A stretch of 62,243 bases of DNA, the filler included, from a bacterium (GTDB lineage Bacteria; JBDRGX01): the NCBI GenBank assembly GCA_043817485.1. It is 4 parts of 4 records of this genome, joined end to end, with 100 filler letters (N's around TTAATTAATTAA, not from the genome) between each part and the next. Parts side by side here need not be neighbours in the genome. Positions count along the whole stretch, not along the records: positions 52,317 to 59,565 come from JBDRGX010000029.1; positions 59,666 to 62,243 come from JBDRGX010000036.1; 2 more parts are not named here. One strand, written 5' to 3'. The notes under the pieces were generated by a model that did not search any database, was not told the origin of the DNA, and saw nothing but the letters and a program-made list of their open reading frames with translations. Below, in pieces: positions 55,220 through 62,243 of the stretch (the first letter of the stretch is position 1; every line of letters begins with the position of its first letter). The translations under genes were made by a program, and so were the position numbers.

Positions 55220-57328
55220 ATGCAAAATATAAATAAAAAAACTTTTTTTTCTTTTTTTATTTTAATATTTTTAGTAGCAATTTTTTACAAAGTTATAATT
55301 TGGACATTTTTTGCTCATACCTCTTATATTGTAGGATATGATGGTATTCAACAATATACTTTTATTCATTTTTTAAAACATAATTTTACAAATTTATGGA
55401 ATCCTTATATATTAGGAGGAATTCCTTCTATTGCTAATATTCAAACAACTTATTTTTATTTTTTAAATTTTCTTTTATTTTTCTTTTCTTCTATTCAAGT
55501 AACTCAACTTTATTTAATTTTCCATATATTTATTGGTGCTATAGGAATGTATTTTTTAGGAAAAATTTTAAAATTTTCTCTATTTGGTTGTTTAATATCC
55601 AGTATTATTTTTGTTTGTAGTGGTTTTTTTGTCTGGAACATAAATGGAGGATACCTTCTTATAATTGCAGCATCAGCATGGATTCCTTTAATATTTTATT
55701 TAACCGAACTTTTTTTAAAAGAAAAAAAAATACTTCATCCTATTTTAATAAGTTGTCTTATTGCTTTTCAAATTATTTTAGTTATTCAAATAGCATTTTA
55801 TACAATTTTAATTTTATTTTTGTATTTATTATTTCACATCTTTTTCATAGAAAAACAAAAAAATATTTCAAAAAATATATTTTTTGGTTTTTTGATGATT
55901 TTGTTTTTACCTATACTTTTATTAGCCATTCAATTTTTACCAACAATGGAAATTTTATCACATCTTTTAAGAGGAAGTGGTTCAAATAATTTTGAATATA
56001 GTACTGCTTATTCTTTACATCCTAAAGAATTAATTTATTTAATTTTTCCAGAAAAATTTCATTTTGGACAAAATACAAATTTTTTTCTTTATAACCAAAT
56101 TTTTTTATGGACAAGAGGAAATTATATAGGATTATCTGTTTTTTTATTAAGCATAATTGGATTTTTTTTTAGTATTACTAAAAAAAATAAGCAAATGATT
56201 TTTTTTAGTTTATTAGTTTTTTTCTCTTTTTTATTTGCTATGGGAAAATATACACCATTTTTTAAAATTATTTATTCAATCTGTCCACCAATTTCAATAT
56301 TTAGAATACCTGGTAGAATGTTAGTATTTTTTACTTTTTCTATTGCTATTTTATCTGGATATGGATTTTCTTTATTTTTCGAAAAATTCTTTTTTAAAAA
56401 CAAACAATTATGGAAAATAATAGTAGTTATAATTATTTTTTTAAACCTTTTTATTCTTGGTGGCAAAAAAAATAATAGCAGTTTAATAAACATACAAAAA
56501 CTTACATCAAAGACTAAAAACATTACCCAATTTTTACAAAAAGATAAAGATATTTTTAGAATTGTAGAAAATAATAAAGAATATTTTCAAAATGCTTCTA
56601 TTATTTATAAAATGGAAAGTATAAAAGGTTATGCTCTTTTAGTATCTAAAAGATATGCTGAATTTATTTCTGTTATAAATAATGCCCCTATTAAATCTAT
56701 TGATATAAATTTTTTAAATAATACTATTACTTGTTTTTCTTCTCATCTTTTATCTTTACTGAATATTAAATATGTAATAACTGACAAACCTATAGAAAAT
56801 CAAAATTGGTTATTAGTTTTTAAATCAGGAATAACAAAAATTTATAAAAATAAATTTTTTCTTCCACGAGTTTTTTTAACAAGTCAAGCAAAAATAATAG
56901 ATTCAAATAAAGTATTAGAAGAAATAAAAAAAGATTCGTTTGATTATCGAAAATGTGTAATTTTAGAAGAAAATTTTAATATAAAAAAACTTGAAAATTG
57001 TGAAATTCTTGGAATAAAAATTCCTGGAATAATTAAAAATATAAAATACAAAAATGGCAACATGAATTTTGAAACAAATATAAAACATCCATGTTTTTTA
57101 GTAATAAGTGAAAATAATTTTCCTGGATGGCAAATATTCGTTAATGGAAAAAAACAAAAAATATTTAAAGCAAATTATATTATGCAAGCAATATTTTTAG
57201 ATAAAGGGAATCATCAAATTAAAGTTATTTATAATCCAATATCTTTAAAAATTGGTGCTTTTATTAGTATTATTACTTTATTAATTATTAGCATTTTTAT
57301 TTTTAAAAAAAACATTTATAAACAATAA
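55220..57328 (+). CDS. YfhO-family GT-C membrane glycosyltransferase
   Basis: WNPY..GG.P, many TMs, FRIPGR, LPRVF, PGW...ANY C-terminal pattern. Confidence 0.75.
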   Translation: MQNINKKTFFSFFILIFLVAIFYKVIIWTFFAHTSYIVGYDGIQQYTFIHFLKHNFTNLWNPYILGGIPSIANIQTTYFYFLNFLLFFFSSIQVTQLYLIFHIFIGAIGMYFLGKILKFSLFGCLISSIIFVCSGFFVWNINGGYLLIIAASAWIPLIFYLTELFLKEKKILHPILISCLIAFQIILVIQIAFYTILILFLYLLFHIFFIEKQKNISKNIFFGFLMILFLPILLLAIQFLPTMEILSHLLRGSGSNNFEYSTAYSLHPKELIYLIFPEKFHFGQNTNFFLYNQIFLWTRGNYIGLSVFLLSIIGFFFSITKKNKQMIFFSLLVFFSFLFAMGKYTPFFKIIYSICPPISIFRIPGRMLVFFTFSIAILSGYGFSLFFEKFFFKNKQLWKIIVVIIIFLNLFILGGKKNNSSLINIQKLTSKTKNITQFLQKDKDIFRIVENNKEYFQNASIIYKMESIKGYALLVSKRYAEFISVINNAPIKSIDINFLNNTITCFSSHLLSLLNIKYVITDKPIENQNWLLVFKSGITKIYKNKFFLPRVFLTSQAKIIDSNKVLEEIKKDSFDYRKCVILEENFNIKKLENCEILGIKIPGIIKNIKYKNGNMNFETNIKHPCFLVISENNFPGWQIFVNGKKQKIFKANYIMQAIFLDKGNHQIKVIYNPISLKIGAFISIITLLIISIFIFKKNIYKQ

Positions 57329-57422
57329 AAAATAATTTGACAAAACAATAAACAATGTTATATTTTAACATTATATTATTTTTAATAAAAAAGTAATATA
57401 AAATAAATTATGGAAGTAAATA

Positions 57423-57908
57423 ATGAATAAATTTTTTAGTGTTATTTTATTATTTTTGTTTTCAGGAATTTTTCTTATTGGAATAGAAAATTCTGAAAAG
57501 GAAAAATTTCAAAAATTAGAAAAAGATTTGATGCAAGAAATAGAAAAAGAAAAATCTCCAGATGAACAAAAAGAAAATATAGAAATGGATACTTTTAAAG
57601 CAATTCAATCTCAAATTAAAAAACATATGAAAAAAATAGAATATTTTTATAACAAAACTCTTGAAAATAAACCAAATTTAAAAGGAAAAATTGTTATTCA
57701 AATTACCATTACTTCAAAAGGATTAGTAGAAAAATGTAAAATTATTTCTTCAACTTTAGAAGATAAAGAATTTGAAAATACCATTATAAAAAAAATAACC
57801 AAATGGAAATTTACTGAAATAAATGAAAATCTTCCTCCTTTTGTTTTTTCCTTTGTTTTTTTTCCACCATATATAGAAAATACAGAACAAGAAAAAAAAA
57901 CATATTAA
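57423..57908 (+). CDS. TonB C-terminal-like (AgmX/PglI-type) domain protein
   Basis: Signal peptide; YNKTL..KPNLKGKIVIQITI...WKF. Confidence 0.7.
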   Translation: MNKFFSVILLFLFSGIFLIGIENSEKEKFQKLEKDLMQEIEKEKSPDEQKENIEMDTFKAIQSQIKKHMKKIEYFYNKTLENKPNLKGKIVIQITITSKGLVEKCKIISSTLEDKEFENTIIKKITKWKFTEINENLPPFVFSFVFFPPYIENTEQEKKTY

Positions 57909-58010
57909 ATTATAAAAATTGCTTATTTTATCATTAAATAATTTTATTTGCTATTTATAATAACTTTTGCATTTTGCCAAAGTTATAAAAATCTTTAAAA
58001 AAAAAGGTGA

Positions 58011-58580
58011 TTGAAAATGTTAAAAAAAAGTATTATTTTAGTATTTCTTTTTTGCATAGGAATTTTATATGCTGATTATTTTCCATTAAATATAGGAAAT
58101 AAATGGGAATACAGTATAAGTGGATATATCATTTCTTATGATGAAATTACTGGAATAGAAGTTATCAATGGAAAAACTTATTATATACAAAAAGATTCAT
58201 ATGGAAATATAATAGATAAACTAAGAGCAGAAAATAATAATGTTTATTATTATTATTCTTCAATAAATAATGATTTATTGTTATATAAATTTAATGCAAA
58301 TGTTGGCGAAAAATGGAATTTAAATATGTCTGAAATGGTAAGTAGAACAGAAACTGTAATTACTCCAGCAGGCACTTATACAAATTGTCTTCATATTGTG
58401 TATTTTTATCCTTATTCAACCACTAAAATTGAATATTGGTTTGCAGATAATATAGGTATAGTAAAAAAAAGATTTTGGAATAATGAAAATTCTACAGAAC
58501 TTTTACTTGCAAAATCTACTATTATTCCTCTTTCTATATCAGACACAAACTGGGGAAGTATCAAAAGTTTATTTAAATAA
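58011..58580 (+). CDS. Secreted hypothetical protein with C-terminal WGxIK motif
   Basis: Signal peptide, YFPLNIGNKWEY, TPAGTY, WFADNIGIVK, ends TNWGSIKSLFK. Confidence 0.75.
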   Translation: MKMLKKSIILVFLFCIGILYADYFPLNIGNKWEYSISGYIISYDEITGIEVINGKTYYIQKDSYGNIIDKLRAENNNVYYYYSSINNDLLLYKFNANVGEKWNLNMSEMVSRTETVITPAGTYTNCLHIVYFYPYSTTKIEYWFADNIGIVKKRFWNNENSTELLLAKSTIIPLSISDTNWGSIKSLFK

Positions 58581-58590
58581 AATATCAAAT

Positions 58591-58632
58591 AAAAAGAGAG
58601 CAAATTATTAAAATTTTTTGCTCTCTTTTTTT
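58591..58632. terminator. Bidirectional terminator
   Basis: AAAAAGAGAGCAAA...TTTGCTCTCTTTTT between convergent genes. Confidence 0.7.
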
Positions 58633-58637
58633 ATAAA

Positions 58638-59345
58638 TTATTTCCTTTTAAAATTAGCAACAATTGAACAAATAATTCCAATTTCATAAAGTATCACTAA
58701 AGGAATCATAACAATAAGCATATTTATTACATCTGCTGATGGTGTAATTACAGCTGATACAATAGCACAACCTAAAATAACTTCTTTTCTTTTTTTCTTT
58801 AAAAATTCTATTTTAACAATTCCAACTTTTGTTAAAAATAACATTATAAGAGGCATTTGAAAAATAATTCCAAAAGTTAATAAAAAAATTAGTATAAAAG
58901 AAAAATATTTAGAAGCAGAAAGAAGTGGTGTCATATCATTACTAAAATTTAAAAGAAATTTAATTCCAAATGGTAATAAATAAAAATAAGCTAAAAAAAC
59001 TCCTATAAAAAATAAAAACATAGAAACAAAAAAACCTTGTATTGCTATTTTTCTTTCTTTTAATTTAAGAGCAGGTAAAATAAACATCCATATTTGATAA
59101 AGTACAAAAGGAAAAGCTAAAAAAATACTTGCAAAAAAAACTACTTTTAAATAAACAAAAACTCCTTCATAAGGAGTAAAATAATATAAAGTAAAATCTT
59201 TGCCTAAAGGGTTTTTTAAAAAAACAAAAATTTCTTTTTTAAATAAATAACAAATAATTGATGCAATAAAAACTGCTATAAGAGAATTTAAAATTCTTTT
59301 ACGCAATTCTCCTAAATGATCCAAAAATGTTAAATCTTTGTTCAT
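58638..59345 (-). CDS. tatC: Twin-arginine translocase subunit C
   Basis: HLGELRKR, YQIWMFILPAL, FQMP, AVITP, LYE. Confidence 0.95.
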   Translation of the reverse strand: MNKDLTFLDHLGELRKRILNSLIAVFIASIICYLFKKEIFVFLKNPLGKDFTLYYFTPYEGVFVYLKVVFFASIFLAFPFVLYQIWMFILPALKLKERKIAIQGFFVSMFLFFIGVFLAYFYLLPFGIKFLLNFSNDMTPLLSASKYFSFILIFLLTFGIIFQMPLIMLFLTKVGIVKIEFLKKKRKEVILGCAIVSAVITPSADVINMLIVMIPLVILYEIGIICSIVANFKRK

Positions 59346-59565
59346 AAATATTCCTTGCAAATTTCAATTTTTTTCAATTAAGACACGGTTTCATTGGTTG
59401 AGACAGAGAGAATAATGAAAAAGATAGATGAAATTGCTATTATAGAAATTATTTGTAGGGGCAATTCATGAGACTGTGTAGCAATTAGCAATTTGGCATG
59501 AGAAGTATACAACATGTTGTGCCAATATTAGCAATAAATACTATATATGGGATAGTTTTGCCATT

Positions 59566-59665
59566 NNNNNNNNNNNNNNNNNNNNNNNNNNNNNNNNNNN
59601 NNNNNNNNNTTAATTAATTAANNNNNNNNNNNNNNNNNNNNNNNNNNNNNNNNNNNNNNNNNNNN
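59566..59665. other. Artificial contig linker
   Basis: N run with TTAATTAATTAA. Confidence 0.97.
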
Positions 59666-59830
59666 TGTGTCTAAATCAATTTTATTGGCTTGTAAAATTT
59701 CATTTTTTTGTTTTAATAATTCATTTGCAATTTTTAATAAAATTTCATTTTTTGTTTTTGTAGATAATTTTGCTAATATAAAAGAAGTTTCTTTTGCTAA
59801 TTCAGCTTTTTGCAATGCTTCATTTTTCAT
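59666..59830 (-). CDS. proA: Gamma-glutamyl phosphate reductase, N-terminus only (cut by gap)
   Basis: KNEILLKIANEL...ILQANKIDL pattern. Confidence 0.75.
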
Positions 59831-60788
59831 TTTTTTCCTTTGAGATAATTTCTCTTTCTATTGCCAAATTCAATATTTTTAAAATTAATTCATCATAAGA
59901 AATGTTAGCAGTTTTAGCTTGAGCTGGAAAATCGCTTAAATCAGTTAATCCAGGTAATGTATTTACTTCTAATACAAAAGGTTTATTATTTTCATCTATG
60001 ATCATATCTATTCGAGAAATATCTTTACATCCTAATACTTCATGTGTTTTAAAAGCTAATTTTTGAATTTTTTCATAAATGTGTTTAGGAAAAGGAGCTG
60101 GAATAATAAATTCAGTTAATCCAGCAGTATATTTTGCTTTATAATCATAAAATTCTGTTTTAGGCCGAAGTTCTAAAATAGGTAAAACTTCTTTACCTAA
60201 AATACCAATAGTTATATTTCTGCCTTTAATAAATTTTTCAATAAAAATTTGTTTAAATTCTTGTTGAATTTTTTTAATGGTTGAAAAAAGTTTTTTTTCT
60301 TCTTTTATAATAAAAACTCCAAAGCTTGAACCTTCAGAACTTGGTTTTAATACTATTGGGAGGGAAAATTTTTTCAAAATATTTTTACATTCATCTTGTA
60401 AGTTTTTATTATTTATTACATAATATGAAGGAATGGGAATTTTGTTTTCTTTTAAAACACCTTTAGTTAAAATTTTATTCATTGCTAAAGCACTTGCTTC
60501 TACATCAGAACCAGTATAAGTAATATTAAGTAAATTTAACAAACCTTGAATAGATCCATTTTCTCCAAAACCACCATGTAGAGCCATAAATACTAAATCA
60601 ATTTTATATTTATAAAAATCCTGAATGAAATTTTTATTTTGAGGATCTATGAGAATTGGTTTTAATTTATGTTTTTTTAATGCTTCAAAAACTGCTTTTC
60701 CAGATCGAAGAGAAACTTCTCTTTCTTTGGAATAGCCCCCAGAAAGAATAGCAATATTTCTTTTTTGTAAATTAATTAAATTATTCAT
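59820..60788 (-). CDS. ddl: D-alanine--D-alanine ligase
   Basis: GGYSKEREVSL.SG, LHGGFGENG, YDYKAKY, LEVNTLPG. Confidence 0.96.
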   Translation of the reverse strand: MNNLINLQKRNIAILSGGYSKEREVSLRSGKAVFEALKKHKLKPILIDPQNKNFIQDFYKYKIDLVFMALHGGFGENGSIQGLLNLLNITYTGSDVEASALAMNKILTKGVLKENKIPIPSYYVINNKNLQDECKNILKKFSLPIVLKPSSEGSSFGVFIIKEEKKLFSTIKKIQQEFKQIFIEKFIKGRNITIGILGKEVLPILELRPKTEFYDYKAKYTAGLTEFIIPAPFPKHIYEKIQKLAFKTHEVLGCKDISRIDMIIDENNKPFVLEVNTLPGLTDLSDFPAQAKTANISYDELILKILNLAIEREIISKEKNEK

Positions 60789-60798
60789 TTTTTATTTT

Positions 60799-62139
60799 TT
60801 AAAAAGCAAAAACAAAACCTGTTTTTAACACAGGACCAGGAATTCCTATTATTTCTATATTTATTTTTAATGGAGGTATTATTTTAAAACTACATATTAT
60901 TGAAGCCAATGGAATAGAAATGGTTTTTCCTTTTTCTTCAATATTTGTAAATCCAGCACTAAATCTAATTAATTTAAAATCTAATCCTAATTTAAGAGAA
61001 TAATTAGGATTAGCAGAAAAAATTACATTACTTTGATTTTCTGATTTTTCATCAATTTTTTCATAAGTTATTGAAAAAGGATTAAAATATTTAATAAAAT
61101 TTATTCCCGTAGTAAAAAATATGTTTTTATGAGTAAATCCCAAATTAAAATTAGATGGCATTCTGAAAATCAGAAAATTTTCAAATGTACTTTTACTATC
61201 AACAGTATCAGTAAGTGTTTCTTTAGTAATATTTGTTAAATCTTTATCTGCTAAAAATTTTGGTATTTTAGATATGGAAATAATATCTCCTTTTAAATCA
61301 AATATTGGAATATAATTATAAGAAAAATCCAATTCAAGTCCAGATTTTGTATTATATAAACTTCCTCCTAAATTAAAGCCACAAGATGTTTTTTGATATT
61401 GAATATCAATGCTTTGATTTAAGTTTGCTTTTTCAGTATTAAAAAATATTAAATCTCCAGCATTTAAAGAAGCTTTAGCATCAATTTCTGCTTTTAAATT
61501 CATAGAAGCCAACAATTGATAAAAATTTAAACCCCAGCCCAAATTTAAAAAAGGAGTTATTCTTTTTCCCAGTCCAAATCTAAATATATCTAATTTAAAC
61601 AAAGAATCTATATTTATGGAAAGAGTAGATTCGAAAATTATTGAATTATTAGTTTTTTTATCTTTTGCTTTAATTCTTGCAAAAATTCCATTAAAAGAAG
61701 ATTCTAAAGTCCCTATTAAAGGTCTTTCCCATAAAAAACCAATAGTTGTATCAAAGAAAGGATGACAAAAAGCAATTTCATAAATACCATTTTTTTGTTT
61801 TGCTTTCAAATCAATTACTGGATTTTGGGGTAATTTTTGATCATAAAAGGAAAAATCTGTAAATTCTTTTTTTTGACTTATGCTTAAAGGAATAAAAAGA
61901 GTATCTAAACAAATCATTGGTTTTTGAATAAACCCAAGATTAGAGGTATTCCATGATAAATATTTTGGAGAATTATCAAAGCCCAAATAAACTCCGCCCA
62001 TATTTAAAATAGAAGAAATAGAAATTTCTGCTTTATTGTTTCCAGGATCGAAATCTAAAAATTCAATTGTAAAATCATCTTCAGCATAAACAAAAGAAAC
62101 AAAAAAAATGAATAATAAATAAAAAAGATTTTTTTTCAT
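60799..62139 (-). CDS. Hypothetical outer-membrane beta-barrel protein
   Basis: Signal peptide, alternating amphipathic strands, terminal Phe (GFVFAF). Confidence 0.6.
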   Translation of the reverse strand: MKKNLFYLLFIFFVSFVYAEDDFTIEFLDFDPGNNKAEISISSILNMGGVYLGFDNSPKYLSWNTSNLGFIQKPMICLDTLFIPLSISQKKEFTDFSFYDQKLPQNPVIDLKAKQKNGIYEIAFCHPFFDTTIGFLWERPLIGTLESSFNGIFARIKAKDKKTNNSIIFESTLSINIDSLFKLDIFRFGLGKRITPFLNLGWGLNFYQLLASMNLKAEIDAKASLNAGDLIFFNTEKANLNQSIDIQYQKTSCGFNLGGSLYNTKSGLELDFSYNYIPIFDLKGDIISISKIPKFLADKDLTNITKETLTDTVDSKSTFENFLIFRMPSNFNLGFTHKNIFFTTGINFIKYFNPFSITYEKIDEKSENQSNVIFSANPNYSLKLGLDFKLIRFSAGFTNIEEKGKTISIPLASIICSFKIIPPLKINIEIIGIPGPVLKTGFVFAF

Positions 62140-62243
62140 AATTGTTCTCCAATTAAATATAATTTATGAATAAATGTTTTTATTTTTTATTAAAATTGTC
62201 AATGAAAATTTAATATTTGTAAGAAAATAAAAAAAACAATTAT

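Overview
Very AT-rich bacterial sequence from a diderm, probably anaerobic lineage (lpxD, skp, three heptosyltransferase-like GT9 genes, 2-oxoacid:ferredoxin oxidoreductase, buk/ptb). The window joins four contigs with artificial N-TTAATTAATTAA-N linkers (28707-28806, 52217-52316, 59566-59665), so gene order across those gaps is meaningless. Most genes are housekeeping or envelope genes, plus a 5'-truncated 23S rRNA gene. The most notable items are: (1) a ~122-126 bp ERIC-like miniature inverted-repeat element family, one copy of which disrupts a PfpI/DJ-1 gene; (2) two duplicated 3' ends of housekeeping genes (thrC and an acyl-CoA dehydrogenase), one bracketing a DUF4160/DUF2442 toxin-antitoxin cassette with attC-like cores reading ATT instead of GTT; (3) four copies of an IS21-type end motif in mixed orientation delimiting broken gene modules next to the rRNA gene; (4) a 23S rRNA with a compensatory change in the sarcin-ricin loop, an extended helix 45 and no linked 5S; (5) mutL and a UPF0280 gene each broken by one extra base in a 10-nt homopolymer. 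All calls were made by eye from motifs; no database searches were run.
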